From Azolla caroliniana (Eukaryota; Plantae; Polypodiophyta): 64,000 bases of DNA. The stretch lies in contig JBHGNT010000004.1 in NCBI GenBank assembly GCA_043228905.1, positions 14,384,001 to 14,448,000 of the forward strand, read 5' to 3'. The notes beneath the pieces were generated by a model. The model had not been told where the DNA came from. It saw nothing but the letters and a program-made list of their open reading frames with translations, and ran no database searches. Positions 22,100-34,705 of this stretch are shown piece by piece (the stretch's first letter is position 1; each line of letters begins with the position of its first letter). A program made the position numbers and the translations under genes.

Positions 22100-24977
22100 A
22101 CGTTAGCAGTCACTACCATTTCCTCTTCTACGAGAACTGTGTCAACGGTTACTCCAATAGAAACAACATCGATAGTTACTCCCACTTCGGCCTCGGAAAC
22201 AGTTTCCACTCTTGCTTGGGCAAGTGGTACAATGTTGATTGCATCCATTTCTAATTCTAAGGACATGGCGGTCATGTCCACTCCAGACATTGCCCTATGT
22301 GCTAGCTCTTTTCCATCAAAATACAATGATGTCTCATGTATTTGAGAAGAAAAATGTTGATCTCTTGCTTGAACATCACCCATATGATTGTCCAATTGAC
22401 TTGAAAGATGGTGCTTGTCCTCCATTTGGCCCTATCTATGGGTTATCTAAACCTGAACTCAAGGCCCTCAAAATATACATTGAAGAGAATCTTGCTAAGA
22501 GATTCATTCACCACTTAGAATCTCCAGCTGACTCTCCTATCCTATTTGTCGAAAAGAAAGATGGAACGTTACGCTTGTGTATCGACTATCGCGGGCTCAA
22601 TCGAGTCACTTTTCGAAACCACTATCCATTACCTCTAATCCTTGAACTCCTCGACCGACTTTGGGCTAGGCGTATATTCTCCAAAATTGATCATAGAGGT
22701 GCCTACAACTTGGTGCGTATCAAGCCTAAGGATGAGTGGGAAACGGCATTTCGAACCAGGTACAAGCATTTTGAATACACGGTAATGTCATTTGGTCTCA
22801 CAAACGCTCCTACCATTTTTCAACATATGATGAATGATATCTTCCGATAATATCTGGACCAATTTGTGGTCATCTATCTCGATGACATTCTTATCTTCTC
22901 ACAGGGCTACATAGAGCACACCAAGCACGTCCGACTTATCCTGTCCAAACTTCGGGAGCATGGACTTTATGCAAAACCCAAGAAGTGTGAGTTTGATCGA
23001 ACCTCTGTTGAATCCCTTGGGTATGCCATTTCATCTAATGGTCACAGTATGGACAAGAAGAACGTCGCAACGGTTCAAGAGTGGGAAGTCCCCACCAGGG
23101 TCAAGGATGTGCAATCGTTTTTTGGTTTTGCCAACTTCTATCGTCGATTCATTCAAGGATTCTGTACATTGGCACAACCACTTATAGCACTCATCGGAAG
23201 GATTCCCCTTTTTGCTGGATTCCTAGAACCCAATTGGCATTCGAGACAATAAAGAAAGCTTTTACCTTGGCTCCAGTACTTCTACACCCAAATCTGACCA
23301 AACCATTTACAATTGAAACTGATGGCTCTGACTTCGCCATCGATGTCATTCTCTCTCAATCAGATAACAATGGGATCCTTCATCCTGTTGCCTTTTATTC
23401 TCGGAAGTTCACACCCCCCAAGATCGACTACGCAGTTTACGACAAAAACTCTCTGCCGCCTTTGAAGAATGGCGTCCTTACTGCGCGGGCGCCCAACACC
23501 GTGTCCAGGTGGCGACCAATCACAAGAACCTCGTCTACTTCACCACTACTCTCATTTTGAACCGGAGGCAAGCACGATGGTCGACCTTCCTGGTTAATTA
23601 GGACTTTGAAATTGTTTTTCATCCTAGTGCCCAACATGGTCAAGCCGATGCCCTATCTCGGCGTTCAGAATTCGAAATCTAGCCAAGAGATGCGATCTAC
23701 AATCAACAATCACATTGTTTCCCACAGCCACATCAGGCTCAACTCTTTGCAGCTTATATGGGTGCAGATGAATCATTACTCAATGCAATAGCGACAAATA
23801 TTGCCGACAACACATTTGCAAAAGAGATTAAGGAGAATTGCATCAACAACTCAACCATAAGGGAGGTATGAAATATTCATGACTAATTTATGTTTCGGGA
23901 TGGTTTTCTTTTCCGGAACAACTTAATGTATGTCCTAGATGGTCCTTGTCGTATTCGTATCGTGAAGGAATGCCATGATGATGTCCTAGCTAGACATTTT
24001 GGCATTGCAAAAACTTTGGAGTTAATCTCTAGAAGTTATTGGTGGCCACTACCTTGGAAACTTGTTACAAAAATCGTGAAAACATGTGATAAATGTGTCT
24101 GTGCCAAAGCAGCACATCATTGTCCCCACAGTCTACTTTAACCTCTGCCAATTCCAAATAGGCCATGGGCCTCCATCTCGTCAGATTTTATCACCGATAT
24201 TGAGGGATTCAATTCAGTATTGGTGGTGGTTTATAGGTTCACAAAGATGGCACATTTTATTCCACGTTCTAAAACAATTTCAGGGATGGAAACAACAGAT
24301 CCATTGTTAACGAAAATTGTGCACCTTCACGGTTTATCGGATGAATTATCTCTTATCACGGTCCCCAATTTATGTCTCGTTTTTGGAAACGCCTCTTATA
24401 GTCTCTTGGAACTTCCACAAAATTTTCGACAACCTTTCATCCTGAGACAAATGGCCAAAAGGAACGAGTAAATCAGATCCTAGAGCAATATCTCTGATGT
24501 ATGATAAGTTATCAACAAGATGATTGGATCAAATTTCTTCCAATGGTTGAGTTCGCCTACAACAATACTCTCCACACATCAACTAGTGTAACACCCTTCT
24601 TCGCAAATTATGGGTTCCACCCATGCTTTAGCATAGCTATCCCTCCTGGTTCTGTGAATCCATCTGTTGAAGAACGAGCTTGTTTGATGAAAGAAGTGCA
24701 TCATGACCTATCCCTAAAACTCTCCATTGCACCTAGTTTTAAAGTCAGTGACATGGTTTGGCTATTACGTCGGCATATTCCGACAACTCGCCCATGCAAC
24801 AAACTTGATTACAAAAAGTTGGGTCCGTTCCGCATCATTGACAAAGTCAACCCTGTGGCTTTCCGTCTTGCTCTTCCATCACACTACCGAATTCACAATG
24901 TCTTCCATGCATCACTTCTTGAGCTCTATCATCCATCCTCAATTCCAGGAAGAAGCATCGAGCCACCCCCCCTGTGG
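22100..24977 (+). pseudogene. Chromovirus-type gypsy D pol remnant (RT-RH-INT), truncated before the chromodomain
   Basis: [42 protein letters not shown] and KLGPFRI motifs; collinear with element H. Confidence 0.85.
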
Positions 24978-25839
24978 CGGGCTCGACGGGCTCGACGGGT
25001 GGCACAAGCAAGGTGAGCCACTGCGTTACTGCGTGCCATATCCTCCGTCCTTCTCGGCCTTCTTTGTCGTCTTTTCCTCTGACGATGTCAATCACCACAC
25101 ACAAACCGTCTGCAATCAATACCGGCCAATCCACCTTGATCCCTTCATAGGTGGCGATGATCATCCCTGCCCGGTTCTGCGGCATGACAGGGGGTCTAGG
25201 GTACACATGGTCGTATTCGTGGAGCACACGAGCAATCTCGCGGAACAGCATATCTCCGCCGCCCTGTGTCCGGTAGCCCTTGCTGGCTAGGGAGTACTCA
25301 CCAAAATACTTGATGAGTTGCTCTGAGGTCGGATTGTCAATCATGAGTATGCCTCCCTCCGGAAGGCCTGTTAACGCACGGATCACCTCCGCCGTTATGA
25401 CCTCTATATCGATTTCTTTGATCACCTTGTCGGCTTCTTTGTGTGGCGGTACCTCCATAATCGTCAAGAAGCCCTCGAGCCCGTGTTGCTTTAGCCATTT
25501 CTTGGCGGCTTCCGACAGCGTTTGCGGGTCCATGTCTGTGTCGAGGTCGGATTGTGGTGGCGAGGTTGGATGGTGATGAGAGTGAGATTGAGAGAGAGGA
25601 AGTTCAAAAAGCGGGGGTTCTCTGTGTGTAGGTTCTCGTCTGATGATCTTCCAGCGCCTTGGTGCTTCTATGCTCCTGGGTTCGCGAAAGTAGAGGTTCT
25701 CCACGCGCAATGGTTTTTCTCTGTGCATTCTGGCGCCTTTTTCGAGTGTGTGCACGTCGTGTACTAAAATAGCATTATGTCCTGTGGTGGCGCTTAAATG
25801 CCCACTACGTACCTTTTCGCTCCTCACTCTCTCGTCCAT
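24975..25839 (-). pseudogene. Element F extra 3' ORF, N-terminal domain only
   Basis: Homologous to E 40739-41450 (ITAEVIRALTGLPEGG; YFGEYS..SKGYRTQGG; YEGIKVDW; QWLTLLVP). Confidence 0.8.
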
Positions 25840-25916
25840 TCATACCTCGCTTTTGCATGATTACTTCGGGTTTTTTTTTTTTTTTTTTTTTTGATAAATT
25901 TTAATGTGGTGTGAGG

Positions 25917-28900
25917 TTAGTTGTCCGTTGGTCCTATCGGACCCTTACCGGCCTCATTACGGTTTGCCGTCGCCTCATTCTCCCCTGTTACCGGCTTGCC
26001 GTCTCCTCCATCTTGGTGGTTGCCGTTCCCCTCACAGGTTGTTGTTTCCTCACCGGTTCCCGATCCAGTGTCGGTCCTTTGCTCAAATGGGTTCTTGGGC
26101 ATCGGTCCTCTATATGGCTTCAATCTGAATCCGTTGACCCATTTGCCTAGCACTTCTCCGGCAAGTGTCCCTAACTGGTAGGACCCATTATACTCACGTG
26201 TCAGGCAATATGGGCCGGTCCATCTAAACCGTAGTTTACCCGGCATCTTGGCCATCCGGGTTTGAAATACTAACACCGGCTTGCCGATTGCGAACATTTT
26301 TTCATTTCCTTTCTTGTGCCGGTCGACAAATGCTTTCCGTCGTCGTTGTTCCAATTCTAAGTGCAGGATGCTTGTCAGTCGTTGTTCCTCGAGTTCACAC
26401 AGCGCTGTTAACCGTATTGCCTCCGACTCCTTCTCGTTCAGCCGTTCCCGTAGCTGGATCCGTAAGCTGGGTACTTGGAATTCCACCGGCATTACCGCCT
26501 CTAGTTCGAACGCTAACCGGAACGGTGTTGTTCGGATGCTTGTTTTATATGTTGTCCGGTATGCCCAAAGCGCGCTATGTAACTTGGTATCCCAATCCAT
26601 TCGGTTTTCGTTGACGATCTTCCGGAGGATATTCTGGAACGTTTTGTTCGTCGATTCAGCTAACCCGTTTGCTTGCGGATAGTATGGTGTGCTCCGTTTA
26701 TGGACAACGGCATAGAATGTCGTCAGGCTTTCAACTACTTGGCCGAGAAAGTGCCCACCTTGGTCGCTTATTAATTCGATTGGGCATCCGTAACGGCACC
26801 AGATGTATTCGTATAGAAATTTTGTCGTTGACGCAGCGGTGTTGTCTCTTAAGGCTTTGGCCTCCACCCATTTCGTGCAGTAATCCGTCGCGACGATGAC
26901 GTACCGATTACCTGTTCTCATTGTCGGTGGTTTGAACGGTCCAACAAAGTCCAGCCCCCACTTCTGGAATAGTTCGAGTGGTAGTACAGGCTGGTGTGGC
27001 ATCCGAGCCTGCTCCGTTGGCTGGCCCATTCGCTGGCATAGGTCACATTCTTTTGCGTACCGTACAACATCTCTTAATGTAGTTGGCCACCATAGGCCAC
27101 TTTGCCATATTTTCTTGGCCGTCGCATCTCCGGCATAGTGACCTCCGGCAACTCCGCAGTGGGCTTCCCTCAGTATGAGGTCCTTTTCATCGCTGCGCAC
27201 AGCCCGTCTCCATATGCCGTTCGCGCCCTTGTGGTAAAGTGTGTCTCGCAATAAGCAGAAATGTTGGCTTTGCACCGCCAGGCGTTTCCTTTCGTCCCGG
27301 TTTATGTCTTCCGAAGGCAGTCCTGTGCTCAAAAACTGGTGCATATTTTCAATGCCACTTGTCTTCCTGTGCACCGTCTCATCTGCTGCCGTTTCCGTAG
27401 TGACTCGAAACAGCACCGCATCCGGAAACTTGTCCGCTACTCCGTCGCCCGTCTCTCCGAACTCTTATCGGCTTAAATAATCCGCTACGGCATACTGTAT
27501 ACCGGGTCGGTGGAATATTTCGAACTCGAATTCCTGTAACAGTAAGGTCCACCGGGCCAACTTACCGGTGAGTGACGCCTTGGACACCAAGTAGAGGAGT
27601 GTCGAATGATCTACATGGAAGGAAAACTTCCTTCCCAATAAATAATGCCGAAACTTTGTCACACTGTAGATCATCCCTAGAGCTTCCCGTTCCGTGGTAG
27701 AGTAGTTCCGTTCCGCTTGGGATAGCTTTCGGCTGGCATAGTACACTGGCCGGTACCACTTTGGCTCCGTAAGCTGCATCAATACACTTCCGATTGCGAT
27801 GTCGGAGGCGTCCACGAATACATGAAATTCTTTACTCCAATCCGGAGGCTGCACTACTGGTGCTTGCGACAATAGTACCTTGAGGGCCCTATACGCCCTA
27901 TCCTCGGTGTCAGTCCACCGGAATGGTGTCCGATGTACGGCGGCATGCAACGGTGTAGCCAGGTCGGCCAAGTATCGGAGCATCCGGCTGTGCCACCGGA
28001 TCTGGCCTAAGAACTGGCTCAATGCCTTTGCCGTTGCCGGCGCCGGTGCTTCTAATATGGCTTTCACTTTGTCCGGGTCAACTGCAATACCTTCCTGGCT
28101 CACAATATGTCCTAGTAAGGTTCCACTGGACACGCCAAATACACACTTTGCCGGATTCAAGCTTAGCCGGTACGCTCTACACTTTTCTAGACAAAGACGG
28201 AGGTGCTGAAAATGGTCCTCCTCCCGGCTATAGACGGCGAAATCGTCAAGGAAAACCTGCATAAAAGCCGAGATATATTCACCAAAGATTTCCATGATGA
28301 TTCGTTGAAATGTTGCCGGTGCCGTGTTGAGTCCGAACATCATCACCATGGCCACAAACACCCCCCATTCGGTGACGAAAACCGTTTTCTCTTGGTCGTC
28401 GGGGTGCATCCGGATCTGATTGTACCCGTTGAATCCGTCTAGAAAGCTATAGACCTCATGGCCGGTGACGGCATCCAACACTCCATTTGTGAACGGAAGT
28501 GGAAACGCATCCGTTATCGTTGCCGCATTGAGTTTCCGGTAGTCCACACAAACTCGAATTTTTCCGTTCTTCTTCGGTACGACTACGATCAGGCTCAACC
28601 ATGTCGCTTTCTTTACCGGACGGATAAAGCCCACTCTTAGCAATTTGTCGATTTCCTCCTTGACTTTTGCGGCATAATTGGGATTCATCCGGTACCGTCT
28701 TTGTGCCACAGGTTTTGCGTCCTTACTCAAGTGACTCTGATGCTGGTATAACTAAGGGTCGAGCCCTCGCATGTCTTCGTATGACCAGGCAAACACGTCG
28801 CGAAATTCCGTGAGAAGTGTGATCATCGTTGTTTTGTCTTCGGACCTCATCTCCTTGGCGATGTGCACCGGTTTTGCTTCGTCCGTGGTCCCTAGGTTCA

Positions 28901-31700
28901 CCTCTTCAAGTTGCGACGCTTTTACGCGCTATGAAACGGCCATTTCCCGTTCCAACGCTTCCTGCGCTTGCCGTAATTCTCGGATTGCGTCCTTATCCGG
29001 TTCTGCTTCAGTCTCTTCCGGCTGTGGTAAGTATGGCGCTACTACTTCGGCAATGTCAATTTCGAAGAGGGGTACGATCTTCGGGTTTTCCTACAAGTAC
29101 TGAGCTTTTTCATACAACGGTGTACATTCCTTGCCCGTGCTCATCCTTGGCTGTGTTGGTACGCGTACCTTGGCTTTTCCTCACCGGAAGGTAATTATAT
29201 TTTTCCTCCAATTCTGTTTGATATGTGCCGTTTTCAGCCGCGGCTGCCCCAGCAATAGCGGGTACGCGCCTTGTGCCTGTAATTGTAGCACTACTGCCGA
29301 GATGTGAAATGTATGACCGCCAACGGTGACTTCTAATTTTCATATTAATCCTATCGGCCGCACTGAGCTTGTATCGGCCATCCGTAACCAGAACGGACAC
29401 GGCTCCCACTCGTGGATTCCCAGGGCATCACACGTCCGGAGGCTTATTACATTCACCCCGGAGCCTCCGTCTATTACTGTGCCGGGAAGTTCTTTCCCTT
29501 TTACAATGGCAATAATTACCGGACTGTTGGTGTCCACCACCGTTAGTCCCTCCTCCGAATTCGAGAAGAGTACCGGTGCCGGTGATGATTCTCCTTCCGT
29601 CATGGCTGTCTTCAGTCCTTTCGTGAATCTCGGCACGAGCTGTAGGAGTCTTCTTAGTGGCAGCGTAATCTGGCATTCTTGCAACGCCTGCCATGTCTCG
29701 TTCTCGGAGTGACTACCGCCGGCAAGCCCTACGATGTTCTCCTTTTGCCGCTGTAAGTCTGTGACATTTTGCTCGTTAGCTTTCTTCACCCATTCCGTCG
29801 CTTGCTTCCGGATGGTCTCCTGCGTCTCCCATTCCTTGGCCATGCCCTTCGACCTTGTGGTCACCTGCTGCAGATCTGCCACTTCAGGGACTACCATATT
29901 TACTGCCGGTCGTTTGTCATAACTCTTCGCCGAGCATTGATTACTATAATGGCCTTCTTGTCGGCAGTAGTAGCAGTAGGCTTTCCAGGTATTGCTAGAT
30001 TCAGCATTGTCTGTTGTATCCGGGGCAGGTCCCGTGGTAAGCACGAGGTTTTGGGCCGGTTGGCTGCTTGAAGCTCCTTGTTCCGGATCCCGTGGGTGGC
30101 CACCTTTTTTGAAATGCCGTTTTTTGTTATAGTTCTTCTTATTGCGGTACTCTTGACGAGGTTGGTCGTTATATCTGACGTATTCCTCCTGTTGTTGACG
30201 ATACCCGAGGGAGTGCTCCCGGTCGTAATGTTCGTATCGCCTATTGTAATCCCGATATCGATCATCTCTATCGTACCGATCGTAGTTATCCCACCGATCA
30301 CCGTACCGGACATTATTATCCCGTCGATCGTCATACCGGACATCCTGTGCCGGTCGGTATCGGTCCATTCGCCGCTAGCGTTCCTCTTCTTCATCCCGGC
30401 TGCTGCGTGGCTCTATTTGTCGGACGGGCGGTGCTTGCCGGTTCAATAGATTATACTCGCACCTATCCGTCGTATGGCCCTTGGATTGACAGATTACACA
30501 TTGCGTCCTCATAGTGCATTCTATTGCCGAGTGTCCGGAATTCAAGCAGGTTGTGCACTGTATTGCTTGCCGAAACCGGAGGTCTTCATCGGACGGTAAC
30601 GCCTGTTGGAGTGCTCCCAGTGTGAGCCAGGAGCTTGTCTTTTCCATCTCTCTTACCCGGTCAATGACCTGATCGATGGTACTTGCGCGGAAGTCAATTA
30701 CCGTGCAAACGGTGCGTAGGGGTTCCCGGAGCGCATTTAGGAATATAGTCCGTAATTCCTCCTCCGGGGGTGCGAGGGCAAGCTGACTATGCATCCGTTG
30801 AAACTGGATGACAAACTGGGGAATGCTTTCTCCTGCCTCCTGTCGGATGGTATAAAACAAGCCCACCATTTCGGTCTGGTCCACCTCCTTTTGGAAAAAA
30901 TGCAAGAATTTAGCTTTTAAATCTGCGAAGGTGGTGATGGTAGACGGGTTCTGTGTCCGGCGCCATCTTGTTGCCGGTCCTTCCAATGTGACGCCAAATT
31001 CCGCTATCTTAGAGCGTTCCTCTTCTTTCGGGGTCAAACGATGGTACACATGGTTTGCTTCCCATGTTTGTTCAAAGGCGTGAACATGAGCTTCCACGTC
31101 CGGATCATCTCTATACTTGGAGTACTGGAACGACATGTCGTCGTCCGGTATCGGTGCGCGGGCTGGTGGTGTTGGTGGTCATTCCTGGTTTTTCTCCGGC
31201 GTCGGTGGTCTTTCCTCTTCTTTTGGTGACGGAGGCCTCTCCTCCTCGACTTCCGGTGTCGGAGGTCGCTCTTCCTCTGCTTCTGGTTCCGGAGGTTCCA
31301 GCCTTAGCACTTTCGGTTCCGGTGTCGATAAGGTGTCTGATCCTTCGTCCTCCGGTCCGCCCGGGGTTTCGTTGCTACTACGGTAGTTCGTGTACAAGTT
31401 GTATTCCCCTTCGGAATCGGATTCATATGCTGAAAAGGCTTCTGCTTCGCCTTCTCCGCTTGCCAACGCCTGGAGAAGGGATTCGGTTTCCCGGAGGCTG
31501 CTTAGGTTGCTGCCATCGTCTGGGTGCGATGTTTGCTGTAACCAGAGGGACTCCTCCGCTACTCTCCGGATTACGTTTGAAAACGAGCGATCCGCTCTAA
31601 TTTCTTGTGCTGCTTGCTGGAAAGCCTCACATCTCCTTTGCCTTTTGGCAAGGTGTCGAGTTCGATCTGTAACCAGGTCGTGCGTTGATCTAGTCATCCA
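25917..31700 (-). pseudogene. Element F gag-pol (PR, RT, RNase H, integrase; several stops and frameshifts)
   Basis: VIDGGSGVN protease, FLDD RT, VDASDIAIG RNase H, and HHCC plus WGLDFVGP integrase motifs. Confidence 0.92.
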
Positions 31701-31750
31701 TTCGTGCCGTCGTTCGCTGCAAAAACAAGAATCGTGGTCGCCAAAAACTG

Positions 31751-32192
31751 TGTTAACTCTTAGGGCCGGAGTCCCGGACAATGGCCTAACACAGGGTGTC
31801 TACGGAAGACACTTCACCAAAGGGGTGTTACGGCAAGAGGATTAGGCTCAACGTTTAATCCGACTTAATTAGGTTACTTAGCAAGATCGTCCTTAATAAT
31901 CACACGCGTAAGATATAACAATGAATGCAGAACGACAATTAACACAGAGAGATAAAAACACTAATCTTTATTAATTATCCGCTACTCATTACATTGTATC
32001 CGGGCCTTTAAATAGGTTTTCGGTCTGTATTACAAAACGGTGTCATCCGCACCTGTTCGAGATCGGTCCGGATCCGGAACGGCATACCGATTCCGGTCCG
32101 TCCGTCCACCCTAATAGCTTACTTCCAACCATTCCTAATAATTAAATAACTCCTCCGTTTCACACTCTGGACTCCTTCGCCGGTCGGTAACA
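31751..32192 (-). repeat. Element F 5' LTR
   Basis: TGTTA...TAACA termini, close to the PBS. Confidence 0.8.
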
Positions 32193-32368
32193 GTACGAGT
32201 GAGTAGGGATGTCATATTTGAAGAATCGACTTCTTGGTACACAGTCGACCCAGTTCCATCCAATCCAATCAAAACCGATTTCGATAGACTCGGAGGCGAT
32301 GATCAACTAAGGCTCACACATAAGGAGAGTCCAATCACAACCAAATTGAGTGGACCACAGGATCCTCC
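32193..32368 (+). pseudogene. Copia I fragment (post-integrase region); probably continues at ~47690
   Basis: SRDVIFEESTSWY matches copia G SRDVIFDELANWY. Confidence 0.7.
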
Positions 32369-32817
32369 TGTCATAGACACGATGGAATGTAGGGGGTTGA
32401 ACCCATGACCTCTTGGTCTTATTGGGCAACCTTACCAATTGAGCTACATTCCATCTATACATTATTATATTGTATAAGTTTCAACTTATTACATTGTAAG
32501 TTAATCACTAGAAATTTCAAGAAATTTCTAGAGAATGCATAGACATGCACTCTCTAGAAGTTTCCATGCATTCTCTAGATGTTTCCTAGCTTACATGCAT
32601 ACCACCACATTCTTGTATAAATACTTCGGTGCACCTTGATTACAATCAAGGTGAACAACACTAGTTACGGAAGCATAATTTAGTTCTCGCTCTTTTGTCT
32701 ACCCTCTCTCTCTCTTGTTCTCTTGTCTATGCTCCTCTCTATCTATATATCTATCTTTCTCTCTTTGTTAATATTGAGCTCACCTACTTGTCCTTGCCCT
32801 CGTCTACGTTCGTGACA
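32369..32817 (+). repeat. Element H 5' LTR
   Basis: TGTCA...TGACA termini; near-identical to 45755-46122; TATAAAT at 32616. Confidence 0.92.
32381..32455 (-). promoter_or_regulatory. tRNA-like cassette (A-box and B-box, closed by a 12-bp stem) in the H 5' LTR
   Basis: Minus strand: GATGGAATG TAGCTCAATTGG TAAGG...GAGGTCATG GGTTCAACCCC CTACATTCCATC. Confidence 0.75.
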
Positions 32818-34287
32818 GTTTTGTAGAACCCGTGTATGACACGATCATTCGGGAATGTACAAGAGATGATTACAATATAGTAACCCATCCTGGGTTGTAA
32901 ATTGGTTGAGATATGAGCTTTTCATGTCCGGAGATGGGTCATTAATGCAACCCATGATTTCTTTGGCGAATGGGTCTGACACGGTTGCCATGGCGATCTC
33001 GTTAAGCAAAGAATCATCATGTAACATGCAGGTGGTGAACATCTAAAGTTGATCGGGCCACAACAAACAATAGGATTGTTGTGAATATGCATCATCTCCT
33101 GGGCTCAATGCAAAATCAAGTCGCCGAGAGAGGGCATCAGCTTTCCCATGTTGAACTCCGAGTCGAAACAAGATCTCAAAGTCGTAGACGGCGAGAAAAG
33201 ATGACCATCGGGCTTGCCTCCGATTCAATGTATGACTGGTGGTGAAATAAATTAGATTTTTGTGGTTGGTCAGCACCTGGATGCGATGTTGGGCCCCAGC
33301 CAAATAGGGTCGCCATTCGGTGAAGGCAGATATGTAGTCGGCGAGAAAAGATGACCATCTGGCTTGCCTCCGATTCAATGTACGACTGGTGGTGAAATAA
33401 ATTAGATTTTTGTGGTCAGTTTGCACCTGGATGCGATGTTGGGCCCCAACCAAATAGGGTCGCCATTCGGTGAAGGCAGTTATGATTGCTGCTAGCTCCT
33501 TGTCGTAGATTGGATAATTGATTTCTGGGGCGGTAAACTTCTGAGAGTAGAAGGCAACAGGACGTAGTGTGCCCTCGTCATCTGGTTGGGACAGGATAGC
33601 TCCAATGGCAAAGTCGAAGGCATCGGTTTCGACTTGGAAGGGCCTTGTGGGGTCGGGGTGGACCAACATTAGGGTTGTGAGAAAAGCTACCTTGAGGGCA
33701 TCAAAAGCACGTTGTGCCGTAGAGGTCCAAAGAAATGGAGTATCTTTTCTTGTAAGGATAATTAGAGGTTGTACTAAAGACGAAAAACCATTGATAAATC
33801 GTCGATTGAAATTTTTAAAACCAATAAATGATTGTACCTCTTTCAACAGAGTAGGGACAGGCCAATCAGTGATTGCCGCTACCTTGCGTGCATCCATTGT
33901 GATCCCAGAGGGTGAAGTCACGTAGCCTAGGAATTCGACAGAGGTCCGATCGAATTCAGATTTCTCACTTTTGGCGTAAAGTCCATGTTCCCGAAGTTTG
34001 GATAGGACCAATCGGACGTGTCGGGTGTGCTCCTCTATGTTGGAAGAAAAAACTTTAAAAATGTCGTCAAGGTAGATCACCATGAAGTGATCGAGATACT
34101 CTCGAAATATATTGTTCATCATGTGCTGAAAGACTGCAGGGGCGTTGGTGAGACCAAAAGGCATCACCTTGTACTCGAAATGTCCATAGCGTGTTCGGAA
34201 GGTCATTTTCCGCTTGTCTCCTGGCTTGATACACACCAGATTGTAGGCTCCCTGAAGGTTGATTTTGGAGAAGATACGCCCGGTTCG
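32818..34287 (-). pseudogene. Element H inverted RT-RNase H segment
   Basis: VMPFGLTNAPA, YLDD, VETDAFDFAIGA and ADALSR motifs; includes a 150-bp in-frame duplication at 33184-33479. Confidence 0.9.
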
Positions 34288-34652
34288 TGTTGGCCGGTCA
34301 GAAGAGCAAGGACAAGTGGGAAGGCGGAGTTGGATCGGATAATAGGAAGTAAATAATAGTAGAATTATTATTCGGAGGGACGGATCTGGACCGATTCGGA
34401 TGTCGGTTGCATAAGCGCACCGATTGTAACCTTGCCGGATGCCTATAAAAGGATCCAATGATTTGTGAAGGGTTTGACGGAAGTAATACAATAGTAATTA
34501 TTGTGTGTTTATCTGTATCTCCGTATTGTTTACCGTCTGTGCTAAATTGTAATCATCTTACGCGTGTAACCTAGCATCCAATCCTTACCACCCCTTTGGA
34601 GAAGTGTCGGATAGACACCTGTGTTGAGGCTAGTCCGGCCAGGCAGACAACA
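34288..34652 (+). repeat. Element E 5' LTR
   Basis: Direct repeat with few substitutions. Confidence 0.97.
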
Positions 34653-34705
34653 CTATTTTGGCGACCACGATTCCTCCAAAGTGCAGAGGACAACCGAGGG
34701 ATGGA

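Larger units (their letters stand above)
24975..32192 (-). mobile_element. Gypsy element F (relative of E), 3'-truncated
   Basis: 5' LTR at 31751-32192; PBS TGGCGACCAC near 31734-31743; gag-pol at ~31700-25917; extra ORF at 25839-~24975. Confidence 0.9.

Noticed and set aside
32381-32455. Functional tRNA gene
   Set aside because: The anticodon and D arms do not pair properly and there is no T-run terminator; reported as a tRNA-like cassette instead.
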